Origin: Mobula hypostoma
Lineage: Eukaryota
Reading direction: 5' to 3'
NCBI RefSeq assembly: GCF_963921235.1
Contig: NC_086107.1
Span: 110,486,001-110,550,000 of the forward strand
Length of the DNA: 64,000 nt
The notes under the pieces: model-generated
What the model saw: only the letters and a program-made list of their open reading frames with translations
Database searches by the model: none
Told to the model about the DNA's origin: nothing
Part shown: positions 36,555 through 48,465 of the stretch, one piece after another
Layout of the letters: the number at the start of each line of letters is the position of its first letter
How positions within the stretch are numbered: the first letter of the stretch is position 1
Made by a program: the position numbers and the translations under genes

Positions 36555-37330
36555 TCGAGTTTACTGAGGTAATGTTGCTGCTCTGTAAAACTCTGGGTAG
36601 ACCACACTTGGAGTATTGTGTTCAGCTCTGGTCTCCTCATTACAGGAAGTGTGTGGAAGCTTTAGAGGGTGCAGAGGAGATTTACCAGGTCACAAACACG
36701 AGAGAATCTGCAGGTGCTGGAAATCCAAAGCAACACCCACAAAATGCTGGAGGAACTCAGCAGGCCAGAGAAGAGTAAACAGTTGATGTTTTGGGCCGAG
36801 ACCCTTCATTAGTTCTGATGAAGGGGTTTTGGCCTGAAATGTCGACTGTTTACTCTTTTCCCCAGATGTTGAGATTTACCAGGATGCTGCCTGGACTAGG
36901 GAACATGATTTATGAGGATAGGTTGAGTGAGCTTGGACTCTTTTCACTTTGGTGTGAAGGAGGATGAGAGGAAACTTGACAGATGTGCACAAGGTGACAA
37001 GAGGCATGAATTGAGTGGACAGCTAGGGACTTTTCCCTAGGGTGGAAGTGGCTAATAAGAGGGGTATAATTTTAGGGTGATTGGATGAAAGTATAGAAGG
37101 AATGTCTGAGGTAAGCTTTTTACACAGATAGTGGTGGGTGTGTGGAACACCCTGCCAGGGTTGGTAGTGGAGGCAGATACATTAGGGGCATTTAAGAGAC
37201 TCTTAGATAGGCACATAGAAGATAGAATAATGGAGGGCTATGTAGGAGGGAGGAGTTAGATTGATCTTGGAGTAGGTTAAAAGGTTGGCACAATATTGGG
37301 GGCTGACGAGCCTGTACTTTGTTCTGCGTT
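36555..37330 (+). mobile_element. Old CR1 3' end hosting a Penelope mini-element
   Basis: EVMLLLCKTLGRPHLEYCVQLWSPHYRK; continues after 36883. Confidence 0.85.
36690..36870. mobile_element. 181-bp palindromic Penelope pLTR element with hammerhead-ribozyme cores
   Basis: 13-bp TSD gagatttaccagg (36677-36689, 36871-36883); inverted arms centred near 36813; ctgatga..gaaa core starting at 36815. Confidence 0.85.
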
Positions 37331-38089
37331 CACTGATGTTGTCTATAAGAGATGTTTAAATGGACTTGCGAAGGCAGAGATGATTGTGACTGACGATAAA
37401 AGACCAGTGTTTGTTGCTTTTATGTGTCGTCCCTGCCTGCTGCTGTGGTTGGTGTGACTTACCCATTTAATTAAACTTGGATTATGAATAACAGAAAAGG
37501 GAATTTCTATAGCCTGCTATCACTGCAAAAATAAAATCTGGATTTGAGGCCAACCATGCATATTTCAATATACTGAGAAAAATATTATACTGTACATAAC
37601 TGTGCATGATACTTTATGATCCACCCTATGGCTTTCTTAGCAAGGTCATATCATACAAATGGTCATAATCATGATCAAATGGTTACTGTTCAGGACGTGC
37701 TTTCTTCTCGCTGCTACCGTCAGCAAGAAGGTACAAGAACCTTAGGTTTATGAATGGTTACGACCCCTCAACCATCAGGTTCTTGAACCAAGGGGATAAC
37801 TACACTCAACTTCACTTGTCCCATCATTGAAATGTTCCCACAACCTATGGATTCACCTTTGAGGTCTCTTCATCTCACATTCTCAATATTTATTGTTTAT
37901 TTATTTATATTATCGTTTCTTCTCTTTGGATTTGCGCAGCTTGTTGTCTTCAGCTCTCTGGTTGGCGGTCGTTCATTGAGTCTGTAATAGTTACTATTCT
38001 ATAGATTTGCTGAGTATGCCCACAAGAAAATGAATCTCAGAGTTAAATCTCAGGTAGGGTACGATAACAAAATTCACATTGAACTTTGC

Positions 38090-38367
38090 CAAGGTAGTGC
38101 AACGGTTAGCGCTCGGGGCATCAAAGTTTGGCGTTCAATTCCAATGTCAACTGTGAGGAATCTGTAAGTCCTCCCCGTGGAATGTGTGGCATTCCTCTGG
38201 GTGCTCCAGTCTCCTTCCACAGTTTAAAGACGTGCCAGTTTGTAGGTTAATTGGACACTGCAGATTGTCCCGTGATTGGGCTCGGGTTAAATTGGGGGGT
38301 TCCTGGGCAGCCCAGCTCGAAGAGCCTATTCTGTGCCGTATCTCAATCAATCAACCAATAAATAAAT
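38090..38367 (+). mobile_element. V-SINE/HE1-like SINE
   Basis: Same head, core and tail as 35945. Confidence 0.75.
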
Positions 38368-39050
38368 TGGTGCAGATGGCCAAACCTGGTCAAAAAAGGT
38401 GAACTTTGGCCTCTGTTTGAAAGGATATGAGCCTGGTTCAGGGAGCAACTCAAGAGATCGGTACCTCGTTGGCTAGGGTAAAGAAAGGCAAGGCCGCAGG
38501 TGACCAGAGTTTGGGAGCAGAGTGACCCTGGGTGGACAAAAGGTTGGAAGGGTTAAGACCATGGTTTTTGAAGATGAAGATAAAATATTGCTGTTGATTT
38601 TTTGGTGAATCGGGAATCGATGTCAGTGAAAATTAAAATCAGTGCATGTTGGAAATCTAAAGTAAACACAGAAAATGCAGGGGATGCTCAGCAGGCTAGG
38701 TCGCTTCTGTGGGAAGAGAAACAGTGATGGCGTTTCTGGGTACTGTTCTGAGAATAGGTACCCTAATCTTCATCATCTTATTTTCAATACTGTTCATGCA
38801 GATCAATTCTCTACAGCGGTGCACCAAAGCAAGGCAAGTTAAACCAATAACAGAATGCCGAATAAAGTGTGGCAGATATAGAGCAAGTACAGTGCAGGCA
38901 GACAGGTGCAAGGCCTTGACAAAGTAGATTCTGAGGTCAAGGGTCAGGATCAACTTTATTCGCCATATACATTTACATGTATTAGGAACTTACTGTGGTG
39001 TGTTGATCTGGGTGTAAAATGTAATAAAAAAACAACAATATTCAACAGTT

Positions 39051-39331
39051 CAAAGTTGCTGGTGAACGCAGCAGGCCAGGCAGCATCTCTAGGAAGGGGT
39101 ACAGTCGACGTTTCTGGCTGAGACCCTTCGTCAGGACTAACTGAAGGAAGAGCTAGTAAGAGGTTTAATCTCTTACTAGCTCTTTCTTCAGTTAGTCCTG
39201 ACGAAGGGTCTCGGCCGGAAATGTCGACTGTACCTCTTCCTAGAGATGCTGCCTGGCCTGCTGCGTTCACCAGCAACTTTGATGTGTGTTGCTTGAAATT
39301 CCAGCATCTGCAGAACTCCTCGTATTTGAAC
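39051..39331. mobile_element. 281-bp palindromic Penelope pLTR element with two opposed hammerhead-ribozyme cores
   Basis: 112-bp arms 39051-39162 and 39170-39281; 11-bp TSD attcaacagtt (39040-39050, 39332-39342). Confidence 0.88.
39189..39230 (+). ncRNA. Minimal type I hammerhead ribozyme motif (opposed copy at 39102-39143, minus)
   Basis: agtc-CTGACGA-agggtctcggccg-GAAA-tgtc-gactg: helix I agtc/gact, CUGANGA and GAAA core, vestigial helix III; helix II carries a mismatch. Confidence 0.65.
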
Positions 39332-39794
39332 ATTCAACAGTTATAAGAATAAAGAATTATATAAAAATAAAGTTAAAGTACAGATGTGGAATAAAGTCTG
39401 CATAAATACTTAAAATGTAAATAGCATTATAAAAGGTGGTTTGAAGTGTTTATAGTGCAGTGGTGGGGGTAATAGATAGAGGAGGGTGGGCGGCTAACTA
39501 GAATAGTTGATCTTATTGTGCAAGGAAACCAGTCAGTTTTCTTATAACAGCGGGGTAGAAGCTGCCCCTCAGCCTGGTGGGACGTGCTTGTGGGCGTTTG
39601 CATCTTCTGCCTGATAGAGGAGAGAATGTCCAGGAAGGGTGATGTCTTTGATTATGTTGGCTGCTTTGGAGACAGTGTCCATGGAGGAGATGCTGGTTTC
39701 TGTGATGTGCTGAGACAGTGGGCTATTGTAACGTATTGTAAAATTCACTGAATAGATAGTGACATATAGTATACAGTGGCTATATTTCATTAGG

Positions 39795-40332
39795 ACCTTG
39801 AGAAGAATTGGTCTGTCTCGCAGATTTCTACAGATATATCATGGAGGGCATCCTAACTGGTTGCATCACTGACTGGATTTGGGGGGGCTGGTGGTGGTGG
39901 CGGGCGGGGGGAGAGAGCCACTGCACAGGATCGGGAAAAGCTGCAGAAAGTTGTAAACTCAGCCAGCTCCATCATGGACGCTAGCCTCCCCAGCATCCAG
40001 GAAACCTTCAAAGTGTGATGCCTCAAAAAATGAGGCATCCATCGTTAAGGACCTCCATCACCCAGGACAAGAGCCTGAAGACCCACACTCAACGTTTCAG
40101 GAACAGCTTCTTCCCCTCCGCCATCAGATTTCTGAAAGGACAATGAACCCATGAACACTTCCCCAGTAATTTTCCCTCTCTTTTTGCACAACTTATTTAA
40201 TTTAGTTTTCTTTTTGTTATATATACTTATTGTAATTTATTGTTTTTTATTGTGTATTGCATTGTACTGCTGTTACAAACCAACAAATTTTGTGATATAT
40301 GCCAGTGATATTAAACTTGATTGTGATTCTGA
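39795..40332 (+). mobile_element. Rex1/Babar 3' fragment
   Basis: DREKLQKVVNSASSIM..; FRNSFFPSAIRFL; gattgtgattctga tail. Confidence 0.8.
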
Positions 40333-40703
40333 CAAAATATGTAATAGTCACTTCGACAAATGGAGCATATTTGTAAAGTACATATAGCAGTCATTGTAAA
40401 GTATATAACCATCATATGGTAAGGCAAGTAGCTAGAGGCTATCTCAGCACATATTTAGATGAAAACTTGTTTGTTTTATGGGGCGTTTCAAGTTGCTCGC
40501 TTGCAGAGAGGAAGTGTTTCTTTGCAGATAAGACACGGCGGCGTGCCATCTTTAACAGTGAAATAAAACGTTTTTCCACTCTGCCTTAAAAATCAGTCTT
40601 CATCCAGGCATTTTCTTACAGTTTGGTGATGTCACTGTCATCCATGAAATGAACGTGGGATCACTAACACTGACATCTTGTGAAGATTAAGCAGAGTCTG
40701 TAA

Positions 40704-41170
40704 TCAGAATCAGGTTTAAGATCACCGGCATATGTCATGAAATTTGTTGTTTTGCAGGAGCAGTACAATGTGATACAAATTAATAAAAACTAATATATAC
40801 TGTGTAAAATAAATAATTTTATAGTGCAAAAAGAGAGGGAAAATGCTGAGGAAGTGTTCATGGGTTCATTGTCCATTCAGAAATCTGATGGCAGAGGGGA
40901 AGAAGCTGTTCTTGAAATGTTGGGCGAGTGGCTTCAGGCTCCTGTACCTCCTCCTTGATGGTAGCTAAGAGAAGAGGGCAAGTCCTGGGTGCTGGTCCTG
41001 AATGACGGATGTTGCCTTTGTAGGTATCCTGGAAGCAGGGAAGGATACTGCCCATGATGGAGCTGGCTGAGTTTACAACTTCCTGCAGCTTTTCCCGATC
41101 CTGTGCAGTGGCCCCTCCCTAGCAGTTGGCGGCGATGAGACCCTTTCGAATGCTCTCCGCAGTACGCAGG
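40704..41170 (-). mobile_element. Rex1/Babar 3' fragment
   Basis: tcagaatcaggttta tail; antisense RRYRSLK..NSFFPSAIRFL. Confidence 0.8.
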
Positions 41171-41599
41171 CCCTGCGATCTGTTGCAGGACGCTGCGGGG
41201 ACATTGCGAGCAGCTAACGAGGGCTGGCCATTATGGCCACTTACAGTCTGACATCAAAGTCCTGTGATGTTCTAGCTCCTTGATATGTATGTACTTGGGT
41301 TAGAGAGCACAATTTACTGGACGTTGTAGCTTCCCAGGGCATGATTGCAGAGAACAGACAGTGCTACGTGCTGGCCATCTAGAGCTTCTTGGTATGTTTA
41401 CATGTACCGGTGAGTCCAGTGCGCTGGGTGCAATATGCACCTGCTAAGTTTGCAATGCAAGAACTCCAATGAAATTAATTGACATGAACCTTTGAGAGTT
41501 GTACTGATCAGCAGAAGTGCCAGATGTGTCTTGACAGCCATGTTTGTCCACCTTGGTTAATGACAAGTAAACAATAATAGGGACATTTATTTACTTGGT

Positions 41600-42370
41600 A
41601 TCAGAATCAGGTTTAATACCAACGGCATATGTTGTGAAATTTGTTAACTTAGTGGCAGCAGTACAATGCAATGCATGATAAATATAGAAAAAGACATTAA
41701 TGACAATAAGTAAATATATGTATATTAAACAGTTATATTAAAAATAGTGTAAAAGCAGAAAGAATAAAAAAGTGAGATTGTGGGTTCAGTGTCCATTCAG
41801 AAATCGGATGGCAGAGGGGAAGAAGCTGGTCCTGGATTGAGTGTGTGCCTTCAGGCGCCTGTACCTCCTTCCTGCAGTAACAATGAGAAGAGGACATGTC
41901 CTGGGTGGTGGGGGTCTTTAATGATAGACACTTTCTGCGGCACTGCTCCTTGAAGATGTCTTAGATGCTGCAGATGCTAGTACCCAAGATGGAGCTGACT
42001 AATTTTACAACTTTCTGTAGTTTCTTTCGACCCTATGCAGAGGTGTCCCCCACTCCCATATCAGACGGCGATGCTGCCTGTCAGAATGCTCTCCATGGGA
42101 CATCTGTAGAAACTTTTGAGTGTTTTAGGTGACAAACCAAATCTCCTCAAACTCCTGATAAAATATAGCCGCTGTCTTGCCTTCTTTATAGCTGCATCGA
42201 TATATCGGCTCCAGGTTATATCCTCAGAGATATTGACACCCAGGAATCTGAAATTACTAACTCTCTCCACTTCTGATCCCTCTATCAGGATTGGTTCATT
42301 CTCACTCATTTTACATTTCCTAAAGTCCACAATCAGCTCTTTGGTCTTATTGACGTTGAGTGCAAGGAAT
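41600..42370 (-). mobile_element. Rex1/Babar 3' fragment
   Basis: LALNVNKTKELIVDFRK..VERVSNFRFLGVNISEDITWS..KKARQRLYFIRSLRRFG..FYRCPMESILTG. Confidence 0.9.
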
Positions 42371-42489
42371 GTATTGTAAGATTTACAATAGACTTTTAAT
42401 ATATCGGAAGACAATGAAAAATCACAATATTTTGGATGATATTTTTGGAATATCATTACCAGTCAGTAAACTATCCTTTAATATAAAGT

Positions 42490-43745
42490 ATCTCACCATG
42501 GAAAGCATTCTGTCTGGATGCGTAGGGCAGTACGCCAGTGCAGTGGGTAATGCAATCACTGTATATCACCAGCAATCACTGATCCCTCCGGTGCTTGTGG
42601 GGAATTTTTTTGTTCTCGCCATGACTGCGTAGGTTTTCTCCGGGTGCTCTGGTTCCTTTCCTAATCTCAAACGTGTACGGTTAGGGTTAGTAAGTTGTGG
42701 GCATGCCATGTTGGCAATGGAGGCGTGGCGACTCCTGTAGATTGCCCCAAGCACAATCCTCCCTGGTTTTATTTGACGCCAATGATGCATTCCACTGTAT
42801 GTTTCGATGTACATGTGACAAATAAAGTTAACCTTTCATAATGGCCTGGAACGGCAACTGCTCTACATGTGACCGCAAGAAACTGCAGGGAGTTGTGGAC
42901 ACAGCTCAGTACTTCCCAGAAATCGACCGCTCCTCCATCGACTCTGCCTAGCTTCTAGCTGCCTCAGTCAAGCAGTCAGCACAGTCAAAATCCCCAATCC
43001 CCAAGGAGCTGTTCCTGAAACATTGAGCGTGTGCCTTCAGGCTCCTGTACCTCCTCCCTGACGGTAGTAATGAGGAGAGGGCATGGCCTGGGCGATGGGG
43101 GTCCTGAATGGTGGACGCTGCCTTTTTGAGGCTTTGCTTTTTGAAGGTGTCCCGGACACTGGGGAGGCCGGTGCCCATGATGGAGCTGGCTGAGTTTACA
43201 GCTTTCTGCAGATTTTCCAATCCTGCGCAGGGAGTAGTTAGAACGCTGTCCACGGTACGCAGGCCCGGTGGTCTGCCGCAATATTCTGCGGGGGGTGGGG
43301 GGATGGCAAGCAGCCAATGAGTATTCACCATTATGGCCACTTACAGTTCTTCTCAGACTACTTGACTGCGATGTTACAGGCAAAAACGTTTGATGTGTAC
43401 GTACTTGGGTTAGAGGGCACAATTTACTGGATGCTGTAGTTTCCCTTCGGGTAGAAGATACGAAAGCCTGAAAGCGTGTACCACCAGGTTCAAGTACAGC
43501 TCCTATTCCAGGGTTATCATCCCTCGAATGGACCTCTTGTGAAATAAGATGGATTCTTGGCCTTATAATCGACCTCGGTATGATCTTGCAATTTATCATT
43601 TACCTGCACTGCACTTTTTCCGTGGCTTTTACAGCTCATTCTGTGTTGTTACTGTTTTACCGCGTAATGATCCGATCTGTATGAACAGTGTGCAAAGCAA
43701 GCTCTCCACTGTATCTCTGTACATGTGATGGCAGTAAGCCAATGT
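42490..43745 (+). mobile_element. Rex1/Babar fragment interrupted by a SINE (about 42525-42835) and a duplicated segment (about 43008-43445)
   Basis: TMESILSGC | IMAWNGNCS.CDRKKLQGVVDTAQ.. | PSGRRYESLKACTTRFK. Confidence 0.7.
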
Positions 43746-44037
43746 ATTGGTGGGTGGTCCAGGTCCTTTTGACTCAGATCGCTGAGGGAAACGGGGGAAG
43801 AAACCATAGAATCACCGGCCACAATCTTCCAAACGTCCTGTGAGCTACGGGTGCTGTCTGAGGACTGGCAGATTGAAAATGTCACACCTTTGTTCAAAGT
43901 ATGATGCAGAATGAACCGCAGGTATATCAGCTTAGGCTTGAATTAAGTAAATGGTGTCAGAATAGGTAGTAGTTTTGGATTGATAATGGAAAATAATGCT
44001 TTACTAACTTGATAGTTATTTTTGATGATATGACAGA

Positions 44038-44325
44038 GTCGCGATAGCACAGCGGTAAGCGTGGCGCTTTTACAGTTCGGGCTGTCGTAGTTTGGAGCGC
44101 AATTCTGACATCACCTGTGTCTACTCCGTACGTTTTCACCGTGGTATGCGTGGGTTTTCTCCGGGTGCTCTGGTTACCACCCACAGTCCAAAGGCACACT
44201 GGTAGGTCAGTTGGTCATTGTAAACTGTCCTGTGATTAGGCTAGGGTTAAACTGGGGGTTGCAGGCTGGCGCGGCGCGAAAGGCTGGGAGGGTCTATTCT
44301 ATACTCCATCACTAAATAATAAAAA
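44038..44325 (+). mobile_element. V-SINE/HE1-like SINE
   Basis: gcgtgggttttctccgggtgctctggttaccacccacagtccaaag core. Confidence 0.75.
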
Positions 44326-44557
44326 AAACTCATTTGTCGTTTTTGATGATAAAAACAAAGAGGGCCAATGAGGGAAATGTAGATGAGGTGATATACCTGG
44401 ACTTTCAAGAGTCATCTGACAGGGTGTGATATAATCAGCATAATTGGATTGAAGAATTTGGTGTGAAGGTAACTGCAGTAGAATGGATAGAAAATTGGTT
44501 AAGTAGAGAAAACTGAAAGTTGTGATAAGTTGCTTTTGAGAAAGGAGGAAGTGCACA

Positions 44558-44559
44558 GC

Positions 44560-44614
<55 letters not shown>

Positions 44615-44739
44615 ACTCACACACTCACACACACACACACACTCTCACACACACACACACACACTCACTCACACACACACACACACACACTCTCTCACAC
44701 ACACACTCACTCACACACACACACACACACACACTCACT

Positions 44740-44770
<31 letters not shown>

Positions 44771-44867
44771 ACACACACACAAACACACGCACACACTCAC
44801 ACACTCACACACACACACACACTCTCACACACACACACACACTCTCACACACACACACACACACACA

Positions 44868-44902
<35 letters not shown>

Positions 44903-45033
44903 ACACAAACACACTCACTCACACACACAAACACACTCACTCACACACACAAACACACTCACACACACAAACACACGCACACACTCACACACTCACACAC
45001 ACACACACACTCACTCACACACACAAACACACT

Positions 45034-45070
<37 letters not shown>

Positions 45071-45085
45071 ACACACACAAACACA

Positions 45086-45126
<41 letters not shown>

Positions 45127-45148
45127 GCGCGCGCACACACACACACCC
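44558..45148. repeat. About 590-bp imperfect (CA)n microsatellite
   Basis: Directly visible. Confidence 0.97.
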
Positions 45149-45149
45149 C

Positions 45150-45740
45150 TACAAAATGCTGAGGTGCTCCATAGCTCAGGCAGCACCTATAGACAAGAAT
45201 GTATAGTTGATGTTTCGGGAAGAGACCCCCCCATCAGCTGGAAAAGAAGGGGAAAGATGCTAGAATTAGAAGGTGTGGGGGAGGCAGGGTGGAGGGGAAG
45301 GACTGCAAGCTCGAAGGTGATAGGTGAAGCCAGGTGGTTGGCGGGGGAGATGAAATAAGAAGCTGGGAGGTGATAGGTGGTAAAGGTAAAGAGCTGACGA
45401 AGACTGAATCTGATAGGAGGGGACAGTGGACTATGGGAGAAAGGGAAGGAGGAACGGAGCCAGGGGTGGTGATAGGCAGGTGAGGAGGAGAGGTAAGAGA
45501 CGAACCAGAGTGGGGAATGGAAGAAGAAGGGAAATTACCGGAAGTTGGAGAAATTGATGATCATGCCAACAACAGGAATTCTGCAGATGCTGGAAATTCA
45601 AGTATGTTGCTTGATGATCATGCCGTCAGGTTAGAGGTTTATGAGGTGTTACTCCTCCCCCTAAGAGAGGCCTCATAGGAATGGGAATTGGGATTGGAAT
45701 TAAAATGGCCGTCTGCCGGGTAATCCTGCTTTTGGGATGT
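45150..45740 (-). mobile_element. Penelope pLTR/3' fragment
   Basis: acaaaatgctgaggtgctc..aggcagca head followed by the GA-rich UTR. Confidence 0.7.
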
Positions 45741-46146
45741 TCTACAGGCTTCCGTACCGGGACCAATGCTTCCCTGAATGTATTTTGATGTCTTGGCATT
45801 TGGTGTAGAAGGCACTATGTTCAGATCTGCAGATGTCATGAAACCTAGAGACACAGTGAACTGTGAAAAAGACAGTAATAGATATGGGGATGTAATCAGA
45901 CCAGTCAATGAGGAGAGCTGTGACGGATGAAATCTAGTGTTGAGAAATGTGAAATGTTACAATTTAAAAGGGAAAAAAAAATAAGAAGCAGTAATGTCTA
46001 AAGGGCACAATTCTGAAAAGGATACAAGATCAGAGCCCTCCAAGGATATGTGGGCATTGTTTTTAAAAGTTGCTGGATGGGTTGAGAAAATGGTTTAAAA
46101 GTAAATAGGATTTTGAGTTTTTTTTTATAAATGGAGTCAAAGAATA

Positions 46147-46668
46147 CAGTCAGTGGCCACTTTATTAGGTACACCCATACAACTGCCCATTAATGCAAAT
46201 ATCTAATCAGCCAATCAGGTGGCAGCAGCTCAGTGCATAAAAGCATGCAGACATGGTCAAGAGGTTCAGTTGTTGTTCAGACCAAACATCAGGATGGGGA
46301 AGGAATGTGATCTAAGTAACTTTGACTGTCTAATGATTGTTGGTGGCAGTCGGGGTGGTTTGAGTATCTCAGAAACTGCTGACCTCCTGGGATTTTCTCC
46401 CACAAAAATCTCCAGAGAATGGTGCAAAAAAAAAAAAATCCATTGAGGGGCATTTCTGTGGGTGAAAATGCCTTGTTAATGAGATAGGTCAGAGGAGAAT
46501 GGCCAGACTGGTTCAAGCTGACAGGAAGGTGACGGTAACTCAAATAACCATGTGTTACAACAGTGGTGTGCAGAAGAGCGTCTCTGAATGCACAACACTT
46601 TGGACTTTGAAATGAATGAACCTCAACAGCAGAAGAACATAAACCACTTTATTAGGTACAGGAGGTGC
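46147..46668 (+). mobile_element. Tc1-derived non-autonomous element
   Basis: TA|cagtcagtggccactttattaggtacacc; MGKECDLSNFD..GLSISETADLLGFS. Confidence 0.85.
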
Positions 46669-47127
46669 AATGAAATCATGGTACTCGGATATTTGATTCG
46701 TACTAGGGTGCACCACTTTAAGGAAGATTTGGAGAGAGCTTGGATGAAATTCACCAATATGGATTTGATAGGATGAACAGTCTTGCACTGTGTTGTACCT
46801 GGGACCAATATTCTCACAGGCAGGTTAGAACTGTTGGGGAGGGTTTAAACTAATTTGGCAGGGGCTGGGAATCGGAGTTAAGGGACACAGGATATGACAG
46901 ATAGTGAGAAAGCAAAGATAGTCTGCAGCCAGACTGTCAGGAAGGGCAGGCAGATGATAGGATAACATTGCAGCCAGCAGGGTGAGTATCAGTGCACTAG
47001 GAATGCAGCACCAACAAGGGTAACAAATACAATAGTCAAAGTATAAGAAATAAGGTGGACGATCTTGTTGCACTTTTACAGATTGTCGGGTATGATGTTG
47101 TGGCCATCACTGAATTGTGGCTGAAGG

Positions 47128-48465
47128 AAGAAACATAGAAACATAGAAACATAGAAAATAGGTGCAGGAGTAGGCCATTCGGCCCTTCGAGCCTGCACCG
47201 CCATTTATTATGATCATGGCTGATCATCCAACTCAGAACCCAGCCTTCCCTCCATACCCCCTGACCCCTGTAGCCACAAGGGCCATATCTAACTTCCTTT
47301 TAAACATAGCTAATGAACTGGCCTCAACAGTTTGCTGTGGCAGAGAATTCCACAGATTCACCACTCTCTGTGTGAAGAAGTTTTTCCTAACCTCGGTCCT
47401 AAAAGGCTTCCACTCTATCCTCAAACTGTGACCCCTCGTTCTAGACCTCCCCAACATCGGGAACAATCTTCCCGCATCTAGCCTGTCCAATCCCTTTAGG
47501 ATCTTATACGTTTCAATCAGATCCCCCCTCAATCTTCTAAATTCCAACGAGTACAAGCCCAGTTCATCCAGTCTTTCTTCATATGAAAGACCTGCCATCC
47601 CAGGAATCAATCTGGTGAACCTTCTTTGTACTCCCTCTATGGCAAAGATGTCTTTCCTCAGATTAGGGGACCAAAACTGCACACAATACTCCAGGTGTGG
47701 TCTCACCAAGGCCTTGTACAACTGCAGTAGTACCTCCCTGCTCCTGTACTCGAATCCTTTCGCTATAAATGCCAGCATACCGTTCGCCTTTTTCACCGCC
47801 TGCTGTACCTGCATGCCCACTTTCAATGACTGGTGTATAATGACACCCAGGTCTCGTTGCACCTCCCCTTTTCCTAATCGGCCACCATTCAGATAATAAT
47901 CTGTTTTCCTATTTTTGCCACCAAAGTGGATAACTTCACATTTATCCACATTAAATTGCATCTGCCATGAGTTTGCCCACTCACCCAACCTATCCAAGTC
48001 ACCCTGCATCCTCCTCACTGCTAACACTGCCACCCAGCTTTGTGTCATCCGCAAACTTGGAGATGCTGCATTTAATTCCCTCATCCAAGTCATTAATATA
48101 TATTGTAAACAACTGGGGTCCCAGCACTGAGCCTTGCGGTACCCCACTAGTCACCGCCTGCCATTCTGAAAAGGTCCCGTTTATTCCCACTCTTTGCTTC
48201 CTGTCTGCTAACCAATTCTCCACCCACACCAATACCTTACCCCCAATACCGTGTGCTTTAAGTTTGCACACTAATCTCCTATGTGGGACCTTGTCAAAAG
48301 CCTTTTGAAAATCCAAATATACCACATCCACTGGTTCTCCCCTATCCACTCTACTAGTTACATCCTCAAAAAATTCTATGAGATTCGTCAGACATGATTT
48401 TCCTTTCACAAATCCATGCTGACTTTGTCCGATCATTTCACCGCTTTCCAAATGTGCTTTCCAAA
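47128..48465 (-). mobile_element. Young 5'-truncated CR1 inserted antisense in the older CR1
   Basis: RT ORFs 47999-48451 and 47233-48147 ([24 protein letters not shown]..) with one frameshift; (CTATGTTT)n tail; tgaagg repeated at 47122-47127 and 48466-48471. Confidence 0.93.

Noticed and set aside
44530..45186. His-Thr ORF
   Set aside because: (CA)n microsatellite.
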